DNA from: a virus
Length of the DNA: 64,000 nucleotides
IMG/VR virus record: IMGVR_UViG_3300031565_000018
Span: 23 to 64,022 of that record
Strand: one strand, 5' to 3'
Shown here: positions 27,295 to 36,013 of the stretch, in pieces
Numbering within the stretch: the first letter of the stretch is position 1
Layout: every line of letters begins with the position of its first letter
Made by a program: the position numbers and the translations under genes
The notes under the pieces: generated by a model
Database searches by the model: none
The model's input: the letters and a program-made list of their open reading frames with translations, nothing else
What the model was told of the DNA's origin: nothing

Positions 27295-27474
27295 ATGCTC
27301 GAATATCTGCTGAACAACTGGGCAGAGGTGGCGGGTATCGCAGGTGCTCTGCACATCCTCGCTCTGGCTGTCGTCAACCTGACTCCCACGCCGAGAGATG
27401 ATGAAATCTACGGCAAGGTTTACAAGGTGATCGAGATGATCGCCGGGATCGTTAGCAAAACCGCTAAGAAGTGA
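27295..27474 (+). CDS. 59-aa membrane protein with TPTPxDD motif, holin-like
   Basis: Hand translation MLEYLLNNWAEVAGIAGALHILALAVVNLTPTPRDDEIYGKVYKVIEMIAGIVSKTAKK. Confidence 0.65.
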   Translation: MLEYLLNNWAEVAGIAGALHILALAVVNLTPTPRDDEIYGKVYKVIEMIAGIVSKTAKK

Positions 27475-27897
27475 TTACGCAGTCAGCGGTAATAACTGCT
27501 GAGCCCAAGGCGTAGGTACTAAAACGGGAGGAAGAATCTCAGGCTGGTTAACCCAGCGCAGGATTCTATCCTCCCTTTCTAATGACCAAAAATCTTGAGC
27601 TCTGTACCACTCAAACCAAGGTTGTGAACTCTTCTCAAGGTTGCAGGCGCCGCAAGCGGCAATCAAGTTCTCCTTGGTCGTCTTGCCTCCACGCGCCTTA
27701 GGGACAACGTGGTCCAGAGTCGAAGGCTTGGATCTACCGCAGTAGGCGCAGCAGCCCCACTCATCTAGTAGTTGTCGTCGGAACTTCTTACGTGCAGACC
27801 TTTTTTGTAAACATGTGAGATCAAAAATAAGGTCCCGTTCGCTCACAAATGTGAGTGCGGCTGAAATCAGTCTATCAAAAGTATGTCCAGGAAACAA
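27475..27897 (-). CDS. HNH endonuclease (McrA-like, CxxC...CxxC)
   Basis: CAYCG...TLDHVVPKARGG...NLIAACGACNLEKS, catalytic residues intact. Confidence 0.88.
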   Translation of the reverse strand: MFPGHTFDRLISAALTFVSERDLIFDLTCLQKRSARKKFRRQLLDEWGCCAYCGRSKPSTLDHVVPKARGGKTTKENLIAACGACNLEKSSQPWFEWYRAQDFWSLEREDRILRWVNQPEILPPVLVPTPWAQQLLPLTA

Positions 27898-28477
27898 AGG
27901 AATCCCTCGTACCCTTCTTGACAGGTTTCACTTCGTGTTTATATAAAAACGAAGAAGGAAATATAAGTAACTCCCCCTCATCAGTTAAGAACTGTTCATT
28001 ACTTTCTTTAAAATTCATAAAAAACTCACCACCTTCTTCAGCTTTATTCACAAGGCCCACGATGGATAAAACAGGTACACCTCTAGCATTGCCATCAAAC
28101 AGACTTGTAATGTGATCAACATGTGGCTTCATTAATTGACCCTTTTCATACCTATTAAGTCGCACTGCAGATACTGTGGGAGTGTAACTACTCGGAAAAA
28201 TGCTGTAATAAGAGCTTAAACAGTCAAATATAAAGGTTAAAAGTTCTGGATACTCTCCCCAGCAATTTGATATTAGAGGTTCGACGTCATAATTAGACTC
28301 AATTTCGGAAGTACCTTCCCTACCGCTACGAATATAGTAATGCTTATCCCAGGTGCGATAAGAGTCACTAAAAAGACTTCGAGCGTACTCTAATAAACTA
28401 GAAGTCATTCTATACGTTTTAACAAAAGACGATAAGTCTTCAAGAGGCATAGCACCGATTTCGTTTAATGGTATCAT
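27875..28477 (-). CDS. 2OG-Fe(II) oxygenase (prolyl-4-hydroxylase-like)
   Basis: LNRY..GQ.MKPHVD...GGEF...FPS...HEVKPVKKGTR. Confidence 0.87.
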   Translation of the reverse strand: MIPLNEIGAMPLEDLSSFVKTYRMTSSLLEYARSLFSDSYRTWDKHYYIRSGREGTSEIESNYDVEPLISNCWGEYPELLTFIFDCLSSYYSIFPSSYTPTVSAVRLNRYEKGQLMKPHVDHITSLFDGNARGVPVLSIVGLVNKAEEGGEFFMNFKESNEQFLTDEGELLIFPSSFLYKHEVKPVKKGTRDSFVSWTYF

Positions 28478-28498
28478 ACAGCCACTAGAACCAGCGAA

Positions 28499-29110
28499 AT
28501 GAAGAAAGTAGGTATCCTGCCTCTAGAGCTATATAAATTCAAGCTGCCTAAAAAACTTTTTGAGTCAGTAAGAGCTAGGTGCCACGCTATACCTTGGGAT
28601 AATGTCGAAACTCGCGATAAAAAGCCCCATCATGGGAAGTCTTACCCATATGAAGGTGGGTTACACGAAAACGAAGACTGGCTGGACCTTACCAAGTGGG
28701 CACAGAAGAAGGTCGATGCTGTAGTAAAAGATCTTGACTACCGTCAGATGGAACAATTAAAAATTAATCTGATGTGGGCTAATAGAAGTGAATATCTTCA
28801 ATGGCATCATCCTCACACACATCCAAATTCTATCCTGAGCGGGATTATTTACATACAGGGTTTGAGTGGTGCTACGTGGTTTAGCAGGCAGAGCGATTAC
28901 GACATCCAAAACAGATATCATGTGCTGTTACCGGACGATGCACGGATCATCCATAAACAAGAACCAGAAGAAGGCGTTTTACTTATATTCCCATCTACTT
29001 TGTATCACTCAGCAGAAGAGAATATGAGCGCCGTTGATCGAATCACTATTAGTTTTAATACTTTCTTTAAAGGGAAAATAGGAACCCTTTTAACCGAATT
29101 AATTATATAA
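28499..29110 (+). CDS. 2OG-Fe(II) oxygenase (TIGR02466-like)
   Basis: HHPHTHPNSILSGIIY...FPSTLYHS...RITISFN. Confidence 0.85.
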   Translation: MKKVGILPLELYKFKLPKKLFESVRARCHAIPWDNVETRDKKPHHGKSYPYEGGLHENEDWLDLTKWAQKKVDAVVKDLDYRQMEQLKINLMWANRSEYLQWHHPHTHPNSILSGIIYIQGLSGATWFSRQSDYDIQNRYHVLLPDDARIIHKQEPEEGVLLIFPSTLYHSAEENMSAVDRITISFNTFFKGKIGTLLTELII

Positions 29111-29114
29111 AAGC

Positions 29115-29636
29115 TCAGCGCAGACAAATGTAAGGGTAAGCCTTCATGTGCGCAAGGTCGAAATCGGTAGCGTCTGTAGCACCCTGCACATGAGCGATGA
29201 CACCGTCGAAACCCATACTAGTTGAAGTAATAGGTGTAGCGCTAGCGCCCGTGACTCCAAAAACAGGACCACCTGAGCCTGCGAACGTAAAAGGTGCAGA
29301 GCTTCCAGACGGGTGTGCGTGAGAAGCCATGTTGGCCACTTGATACGAGCCAATCTGAACACCGGACGGTGCTACACCAGATAAGGCAATACGCTTAGTG
29401 GAGTCATGCGCTACACCACGGCTATAGTCATGGCCACGGATATAGATATTGCTCAGGTTAGGTAGATGGATGTTGCTCGCATCACTACCGTAGGTGCCTA
29501 CGGGCCAGATTTCGCTCAGTTCAAAGTACGTAGCACGCGGAAACGACTGACCGTTGCAAAGAGCGAACTCGCGACCATCAGCGGTGGTAAAGGTCGTCCC
29601 TAAGTTAACCGACGAAAGATGAATCTGTCCCTTCAT
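29115..29636 (-). CDS. Tail collar domain protein
   Basis: LCNGQSFPRATYFELSEI...YG...LPNL pattern. Confidence 0.72.
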   Translation of the reverse strand: MKGQIHLSSVNLGTTFTTADGREFALCNGQSFPRATYFELSEIWPVGTYGSDASNIHLPNLSNIYIRGHDYSRGVAHDSTKRIALSGVAPSGVQIGSYQVANMASHAHPSGSSAPFTFAGSGGPVFGVTGASATPITSTSMGFDGVIAHVQGATDATDFDLAHMKAYPYICLR

Positions 29637-29654
29637 GGTCTTCAGATTTTGAGT

Positions 29655-30716
29655 TTATTCTACAACCAAGACGTAGACACAGGTTATGTTGTCAGGTCTG
29701 CTTTCTTCATTAGCTCCGATGCTAGAGAGCGAGCTGTCGGGAGGGTTCTGACTTGAAGTAGCACCAGTAGGTCCACCGCTTCTCTGACCTGTGTAATAGA
29801 AACTGGCTGACGTATAGCCGTGAATATGCGAGGCTATATTGTTAGGCAAAAATCCGCTCGGGCCAGCGGAATGTCCAGAAGGAACTTGAATATCGTAGTA
29901 GGGGGCGCTAATAAAGAGTCCCCGCAGATCAGGAGCGTTGAAAGTTGTCGACCCATCTCCCTGGCCAAAAAGATTGCCGACTAACGTATAAAGATGGGAG
30001 TAAGTTGTCCTGCTAAGCTCCTGCCCACTACAGATAATTGTATTAGGAGGAAGCGCAGCAGCTACTTCAGCAACATCCGGGATTAATAACGGGGCGATTA
30101 AACCCACGGGGGATCTGACATCCGCTGTGGCGATAAGGGGGACCATTTCCATGGTCGCCCCTCGATTACCTTCTTTAGTGCCTTGGAGTTTACTGCTAGA
30201 ACCAAAGTTACCGGCACCGTATCCTCCAGGACTTCCTGGGCTAGCGCCGCCGCCAGACCAGCTATTGGGCTGGCTAAAAGTATGTGTATGGTAAGGAAGA
30301 CGGCCCGTCCCCGAGGCGTTTGTAATCGTAAGACTAGCTTCGTAAGGAAAGGGTTTTAAGTGAATATAGGGTTTCTGAAGATTAGGTAAATTGAAAGTAG
30401 TTAAACCATCCCCTGCGCCGTAATTCTCACCGATGGAGTCGAAAAGATCAGAATATGTAGTACGGGAAACCGCTTGCCCACTTGGAATAAGGTACCCACT
30501 GGGAAGAGACTCAAATGCTGCACCAGAAGCAGCAGCGTAAGTGTATTCTCCAATATTATTGAAAATATACACACTAGGGAAGCTAACCTTAGGCCACTCG
30601 CCAAGTCCTCTCTGGCGTGCAATCTCTGAAGGCGCTTGCCACGAACCGGTAGCAGCGCTCGAACTAGGATCGCTCGCTGAAGGATTACCAGTGTATCCGC
30701 CGTACTTCTTGACCAT
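29655..30716 (-). CDS. Tail fibre protein with two tail collar domains
   Basis: GQAVSRTTYSDLF...GAGDGLTTFNLPNL and GQELSRTTYSHLY...GQGDGSTTFNAPDLRG. Confidence 0.85.
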   Translation of the reverse strand: MVKKYGGYTGNPSASDPSSSAATGSWQAPSEIARQRGLGEWPKVSFPSVYIFNNIGEYTYAAASGAAFESLPSGYLIPSGQAVSRTTYSDLFDSIGENYGAGDGLTTFNLPNLQKPYIHLKPFPYEASLTITNASGTGRLPYHTHTFSQPNSWSGGGASPGSPGGYGAGNFGSSSKLQGTKEGNRGATMEMVPLIATADVRSPVGLIAPLLIPDVAEVAAALPPNTIICSGQELSRTTYSHLYTLVGNLFGQGDGSTTFNAPDLRGLFISAPYYDIQVPSGHSAGPSGFLPNNIASHIHGYTSASFYYTGQRSGGPTGATSSQNPPDSSLSSIGANEESRPDNITCVYVLVVE

Positions 30717-31486
30717 CAGAAGAACTTGTAGTTTGTTCCGATGATGAAATTATAGACTAGATCCATACCGGAAAGTACTGAGGAGCCCGAGGGATAGCAG
30801 GGATTATAGATAACTTGACCGGAAGGATCGATCCCGCTATAAACAGCTATACCGTTGGGATAGTCATATATGTGCTGACCCTCCATCGGCTTTCTGTTTA
30901 AAACCCAATCAGATGGTGGGATAAAATACGGAGCCCATTGAGGGTCCAAACCGATAATAAAACCGTAAGTCTCGTAGGTATATTTCCAAAAGTCTTTTTG
31001 CTTCTCAAAAGCGTCAGTAAGATACTCTTTATAAACAGCGTTTCTAGTGATAGGAGGAAGATTAAAAGAAGGAAGGTCGGCGTTAGTTAATAACTTAGAG
31101 GAGTTAAGAAGAACCCAAGCAGCATCTTTGATGTTATTTAAACAGACAAGAAACTCAGGAGTAGCGTCAGTCAGAATAGCGTTGTTAATACTCTCTATAA
31201 CAGACTGAATGTACTGTCGAATACGAGCGTCTTCAAAAATCGGATCAGGTGACGTATCCCCAACGACAACAATAAAAGTTTTAGTGTCGGCGTCCCACGC
31301 AACAGTGTCAGTGCCCGAAACGGAAGGTACCTCAAAAGGACCTTCATATCCGGCAGCGTTTAAGTCCTCCTTAGTACAAGAATAGGTATAACGGGTATTA
31401 CCGTTAGGAAGACGGATCCTTAGTGGAGGATACGAAGGAGTATCCGCACCCGGTGCTAAGAAAAACTGATTTCTAAAATCCGCCAT
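30716..31486 (-). CDS. Hypothetical fibre-associated protein
   Basis: 256-aa ORF within the fibre cluster. Confidence 0.65.
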   Translation of the reverse strand: MADFRNQFFLAPGADTPSYPPLRIRLPNGNTRYTYSCTKEDLNAAGYEGPFEVPSVSGTDTVAWDADTKTFIVVVGDTSPDPIFEDARIRQYIQSVIESINNAILTDATPEFLVCLNNIKDAAWVLLNSSKLLTNADLPSFNLPPITRNAVYKEYLTDAFEKQKDFWKYTYETYGFIIGLDPQWAPYFIPPSDWVLNRKPMEGQHIYDYPNGIAVYSGIDPSGQVIYNPCYPSGSSVLSGMDLVYNFIIGTNYKFF

Positions 31487-31488
31487 TG

Positions 31489-31812
31489 TTACACCACAAC
31501 GTAGGAAATCTGAACATCAACGGTGCCGCTTGTACTCGTAAGCAGATTCAGCTTACGTCCGCTAGGAAGAACGTACTTATTGCCGAGGACGTCGAGGTTG
31601 GAGTCGGCAGGGATAGCAATCGTATAAGCTAGATAACCTTCATCGTTATTAGATGCATCTCTACGGACCACGGTGATGTCCGTGTTGTCAGTACCGTTAG
31701 TATTAGCGGCTAAAATACTAAGAACAATAGTGCTGTCGGAATCGGACGTGACAGCAGTGATCTCCGCCGCATCATCTACGTTCTTAACAACTTGATTATA
31801 GAAAGTTGCCAT
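31489..31812 (-). CDS. Small beta-sandwich virion protein
   Basis: TIVLSILAAN...YLAYTIAIPA...KYVLPSGRKL; family typically found next to fibre genes. Confidence 0.6.
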   Translation of the reverse strand: MATFYNQVVKNVDDAAEITAVTSDSDSTIVLSILAANTNGTDNTDITVVRRDASNNDEGYLAYTIAIPADSNLDVLGNKYVLPSGRKLNLLTSTSGTVDVQISYVVV

Positions 31813-31864
31813 GAACCCTACGTCGGGTGTACTTGATTAAATTTTAGCAGACCAAAAAGCCTAA

Positions 31865-33370
31865 TCAAGCTAGACCCATGATTAAGCCGATAAGTTGATC
31901 CGCATCAACAGGAGGATTGTTAATAATTAGAGTCAAAGCTGCGTTGCCAGATGCAAGAGCTGTGTCTGCATCTTGGATAAGAGCATTCCCTGAAGCTAAC
32001 GCTGTCTCTGCGTTGAGTACCGCAGTTTCAGCGTAACTAATACCTCCAAGACCACTCGCAATCGCCGTGTTGGAAGTACTAATTGCGGCTAAACCACTGA
32101 CAATCGCAGTGTCAGCTGTCGAAATAGCCGCAAGAGCATCGGTTATACCTGCATTACCCGACGCTTGAGCAGTTTCTACAAGTACTAAAGCGGCATTACC
32201 CGAAGCAAGAGCAACAGAGGCAACCTCCAGAGACGCATTACCAGAAGCAATGGGTGCAGGGGTTAACTCAAGCGCAGCGTTACCAGAAGCTTGAGCAGTA
32301 GCCGATAAAGGATACGAAGCCTGACCCGAAGCAATCGCTACGGAGGCGATAGCTTCCCCAGCTAGACCAGAGGCAATCGCCTCGATCGAATTCTCAATCG
32401 AATCGTCAGAAATGACGAAGACGAATGACGTTTTGACTACTGCATCGTCACCACGGTCGATAGCTTCAACCGAATTTGCCAGAGCTAAGTTACCTGAGGC
32501 CTGCGCCTGAATAGCCTGGAACACAGCTGCGTTACCAGAAGCCAAAGCTGTGCTTGCATCAGTAACTGCAGCGCTTCCTGACGCAAAGGCAATACTTGCA
32601 TTAAGTAAGGAGGCATTACCAGAAGCAAGCGCTACGGCACTATCAGCAAGAGCTGCAGCACCCGAAGCAACTGCCACGGCTGCAACGGTGATTCCGGCAG
32701 AACCGGAAGCAATTGCCGCCTGAGAATCAACAATCGCAGCATCACCAGAGGCAATGGTCGACTGGAGATCAAATAGAGCTGCGTTACCGGAGGCTAAAGC
32801 GGAACCTGCGATAAAAGAGGCACCAAAACCTGACGCGGCAGCGATATTTGCGTCGACAAGAGCAGCGTTCCCAGACGACTGAGCGACTGCGGCATCAACA
32901 AGTGCTGCGTTTCCAGATGCGAGTGCGATCTCGTTGAACGGAATGCCCAGATTGCCTGAAGCCTGAGCGATCTCCCCTGATGCAAGTGCGTTATTAGAAG
33001 TAGTTTGCCCAACAAGAGCTTCGGAAATAGCAGCGTTTCCGGAAGCAAGCGAAGTCTGACTCGCAGCAGACGCCGCTAGACCTGATGCAAGAGCAATTTC
33101 CGAGAAGGCTATCGCAGCAGTACCAGAGGCAGTCGCTACATCACCTGTAGCTAGATCAAGACCGTCAAGTCCGATCTTTCCATCAGCTGTATATAAGAGA
33201 CCTGAGGTCCCAGCAACTACAAGCTGTACAAACCCATCGGTACCTAAAGGAACTAGTCCACCACCTAATCCACTTCCAAGGACTAAGTCGCCAACAATAG
33301 GGATTACGTCCTCGTCGGTATGCTCCGTAATGAAGCCACCGGAATAAATTAGGCCGCGACGAGCAGTCAT
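31865..33370 (-). CDS. Ala-rich fibre/stalk protein with 14-aa ASG repeats, paralogue 2
   Basis: Periodic xALASGNAAxxxxx repeats; C-terminal LIGLIMGLA. Confidence 0.8.
   Translation of the reverse strand: MTARRGLIYSGGFITEHTDEDVIPIVGDLVLGSGLGGGLVPLGTDGFVQLVVAGTSGLLYTADGKIGLDGLDLATGDVATASGTAAIAFSEIALASGLAASAASQTSLASGNAAISEALVGQTTSNNALASGEIAQASGNLGIPFNEIALASGNAALVDAAVAQSSGNAALVDANIAAASGFGASFIAGSALASGNAALFDLQSTIASGDAAIVDSQAAIASGSAGITVAAVAVASGAAALADSAVALASGNASLLNASIAFASGSAAVTDASTALASGNAAVFQAIQAQASGNLALANSVEAIDRGDDAVVKTSFVFVISDDSIENSIEAIASGLAGEAIASVAIASGQASYPLSATAQASGNAALELTPAPIASGNASLEVASVALASGNAALVLVETAQASGNAGITDALAAISTADTAIVSGLAAISTSNTAIASGLGGISYAETAVLNAETALASGNALIQDADTALASGNAALTLIINNPPVDADQLIGLIMGLA
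31925..33145 (-). repeat. Degenerate in-frame 42-nt/14-aa tandem repeat
   Basis: ASG recurs mostly every 14 or 7 residues; boundaries approximate. Confidence 0.75.
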
Positions 33371-33371
33371 A

Positions 33372-34883
33372 TCACGAGAGGGCGATGATCAAACCGATGG
33401 CTTCACCGGTCTGAAGCCCAGGGTTAGCTGCGTAAGCCTCAAGTGCTGCGTTTCCGGATGCTTGAGCTTCGGGAACAATGACGAGACCGGCGTTACCCGA
33501 AGCAAGAGCCGTATTACCGACAACGATGGCGGCGTCCCCAGAAGCAAGTGCAGTATTAGCAAGGACTAATGCAGCATTACCAGAAGACTGAGCGACTGCA
33601 GCATCAACAATCGCGGCATCCCCGGAAGCCTGAGCAGTCTGAGCTAACAGAATCCCCGCATTACCCGAAGAAAGAGCAACCAGACCATCGACAATCGCGG
33701 CGTTTCCAGACGCAAGTGCGATGATTGCTAACTCAATACCAGCGTTACCAGAAGCAGCTGCGCCTGCAAGATCGGCAAGCGCCGCATTACCGGAAGCAAA
33801 AGCAGCTGCAGCAGTCGCTAGAGCAGCATTACCGGAGGCTAAAGCGTCAAGAGAAACGACGACTGAAGCGTTACCAGAAGCCTGAGCACTCTGTGAGAAA
33901 CTTAAGGCAGCATTACCAGAGGCAAGCGCCGTGTCTGCCACAGCGAGGGCAGCCGCACCCGAGGCAAGAGCGACGTTCGAGAGAGTTACAGCTGCATTGC
34001 CAGAGGCAAGAGCAGATGCCGAATCGACTAGAGCCGCATTACCGGAAGCAAGAGCGGCCTGAGAGTCAAACAGCGCAGCGTTACCAGAAGCCAGTGCAGC
34101 GACTGAAACTTCAACAGCAGCAATACCAGAAGCAAGAGCTTCTGACGAGTTAGTTAAGGCAGCGTTGCCTGAGGCAAGCGCGTCCACAGAGATCGAGAGA
34201 CTCGCGTTACCGGAACTGAGAGCTGCGACAGCGTCGGTAAGGGCAGCGTTACCCGAGGAAAGTGCAGTATTACTGTCGGCTAATGCAGCGTTGCCAGAGG
34301 CAAGTGCCTCAACAGAAACAACTAGACCAGCATTACCCGAAGCAAGAGCCGTAGAGGCGAGGAGAATCCCAGCGTTTCCGGAAGCTAAGGCGGTTGCACT
34401 GTCGACAAGACCCGCGTTACCCGAGGCAAGCGCTGCAACACCAATAGATAGGGAGGCGTTACCGGAACTTAAAGCCGATTCAGCAACGAGTAAGGCAGCA
34501 TTACCAGAGGCAATCGCAGTCGCAGCCTCTACAAGACCAGCGTTACCAGAAGAAAGAGCTACTGCAGAATCAACTAAAGCTGCATTACCAGAAGCAAGAG
34601 CAGCAGTAGCGTTACTTAAAGCTGCATTACCGGAAGCGAGGGCATCTTCCGAGCGCTTTAAAGCGACACCATCAATAGCTAATTCGTCACCGGCAAAAAT
34701 TAAACCGCTTGCCGAAGCAGTTAAAGCGACATCTAAACGAATGGTGGCATCAGTATTACCGCCACCGACTAGGCCACTACCAGCAGTAAGTTCTCCGCCA
34801 GAAGCAGTGGTGATGATGCTGTCACCAAAAGGGAGCTCAGCTAACGCTCCACTAACTAAAACAACTGGCCTTCTTAAAACCAT
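33372..34883 (-). CDS. Ala-rich fibre/stalk protein with 14-aa ASG repeats, paralogue 1
   Basis: 29 consecutive 14-aa units; C-terminal GEAIGLIIALS. Confidence 0.82.
   Translation of the reverse strand: MVLRRPVVLVSGALAELPFGDSIITTASGGELTAGSGLVGGGNTDATIRLDVALTASASGLIFAGDELAIDGVALKRSEDALASGNAALSNATAALASGNAALVDSAVALSSGNAGLVEAATAIASGNAALLVAESALSSGNASLSIGVAALASGNAGLVDSATALASGNAGILLASTALASGNAGLVVSVEALASGNAALADSNTALSSGNAALTDAVAALSSGNASLSISVDALASGNAALTNSSEALASGIAAVEVSVAALASGNAALFDSQAALASGNAALVDSASALASGNAAVTLSNVALASGAAALAVADTALASGNAALSFSQSAQASGNASVVVSLDALASGNAALATAAAAFASGNAALADLAGAAASGNAGIELAIIALASGNAAIVDGLVALSSGNAGILLAQTAQASGDAAIVDAAVAQSSGNAALVLANTALASGDAAIVVGNTALASGNAGLVIVPEAQASGNAALEAYAANPGLQTGEAIGLIIALS
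33430..34646 (-). repeat. 29 in-frame 42-nt/14-aa tandem repeats (xALASGNAALxxxx)
   Basis: Counted by hand; no break in period; synonymous sites diverged. Confidence 0.9.
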
Positions 34884-34894
34884 GATCTAGTCTC

Positions 34895-35410
34895 CTAGCC
34901 CCCAGTATAAAGAAGAACAGGTGGAGCAATCTCCACACTAAGTTGAGTTGACGTCAAAGCCAAACCAACTGGTGTAGCTGCCGCATAAGCATTCGAGCCA
35001 GAACCTGTAACGGTGCCCGAAGCTGTCTCATAGCGGACAACTTCGCCCTGATATTTAGAAAGGTAGTAGTACTGACCAGGGATTAAAGCTGTTTCTGCAG
35101 TGATATTTCTTGCGCTAAGCGTAACCACGCCGTCTAAATTAATGATTACCGAGCTTCCGTTCGAAGCAGCGGCACTAGCGAAGCCAATCGGTGAGAACTG
35201 AGTTACGTCAGCTCCACTAATTGCTATAGCAGGAACAACAAAGTTTCCGCTTGCCGAAACACATTCACCAGCAACTAAATCTCCACCCGCCGTAAGCGTT
35301 GCTTCAGGAGCTGGATTAGTTACGACACCTTGCCCGTTAGCAAGGTATACAGTTGTACCGTCAGCTTGGTAACTGGTGTAATTTCGGTTGAAAATCGACC
35401 TGTTTGACAC
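34895..35410 (-). CDS. Virion protein, DUF2190/cement-like
   Basis: AGGDLVAGECVS...IGFA..AASNG..V.I.LDG pattern. Confidence 0.5.
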   Translation of the reverse strand: MSNRSIFNRNYTSYQADGTTVYLANGQGVVTNPAPEATLTAGGDLVAGECVSASGNFVVPAIAISGADVTQFSPIGFASAAASNGSSVIINLDGVVTLSARNITAETALIPGQYYYLSKYQGEVVRYETASGTVTGSGSNAYAAATPVGLALTSTQLSVEIAPPVLLYTGG

Positions 35411-35448
35411 CGGTCACAACCCTACGTTGCTTCATATTCTACACCTTA

Positions 35449-35841
35449 TCAAAGAGCTCCACTGACAACATATCTAGGCTCAACTGGTGAAACTTTTAAG
35501 GTTGTCGGACTAATAGCTGTGCCGATCTGAGTTAAATAAGAACCAGAAACTCCGATCTGATTAAACTCAACAATAAAGGTGTCGTAATCAACTGCGTAAG
35601 CTCCACTAGGACTTACGTAGTACCGATGACCAGGATTCAGGCCACTAAAAGCTTGAGCACCAGCGTCAGAGACCACACGGCACAAAGTCCCGGCTGACAC
35701 TGCATCTACAGCGACACCAACAACCGTCGCCGAAGGGATACCCGAGGGATGAGCGGGAATAATTTGACCAGAAGTAGTGGTGCTGATCGTGACCGCATCA
35801 CCAAGAGCGATGGCTTCAGCAGCGATAAACGATAAAAGCAC
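35449..35841 (-). CDS. Virion protein, DUF2190/cement-like paralogue
   Basis: AAEAIALGDAVTI...VGVAVDAVSAG...GL.PG.RYY pattern. Confidence 0.5.
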   Translation of the reverse strand: MLLSFIAAEAIALGDAVTISTTTSGQIIPAHPSGIPSATVVGVAVDAVSAGTLCRVVSDAGAQAFSGLNPGHRYYVSPSGAYAVDYDTFIVEFNQIGVSGSYLTQIGTAISPTTLKVSPVEPRYVVSGAL

Positions 35842-35868
35842 AGCTACTTCCAGTCCTAACTATTAACT

Positions 35869-35988
35869 TTAGCGCCCCTGTCCGCGAGTTTTTTTGCGGC
35901 CATGGTTTTTGAGGCTATTGCGCCCCTGACCCTGTCTAGTCTTTTTGGACTTGGACTCAATTTGTTGAACGTTCTTAGGCTTAGACAT
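35869..35988 (-). CDS. 39-aa basic peptide (MSKPKNVQQIESKSKKTRQGQGRNSLKNHGRKKTRGQGR)
   Basis: Hand translation; KKTRxG..RGQG pattern of small cyanophage proteins. Confidence 0.6.
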   Translation of the reverse strand: MSKPKNVQQIESKSKKTRQGQGRNSLKNHGRKKTRGQGR

Positions 35989-36013
35989 TGAACTCTTAGG
36001 GATCGCTCAGAGG

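Noticed and set aside
22952-27897. HNH genes as introns or mobile homing elements
   Set aside because: They do not interrupt a recognisable gene, and no intron structure or target duplication was seen
33430-34646. 42-bp periodic array that resembles a CRISPR (conserved core plus variable spacer)
   Set aside because: The period is a multiple of three, variation falls at synonymous positions, the frame is open throughout, and there is no leader or cas operon. It is a coding repeat.
34165-34890. Plus-strand ORFs with periodic ALPEA or RYQKQ repeats (also 33725..34153)
   Set aside because: Antisense read-outs of the ASGNAAL repeat
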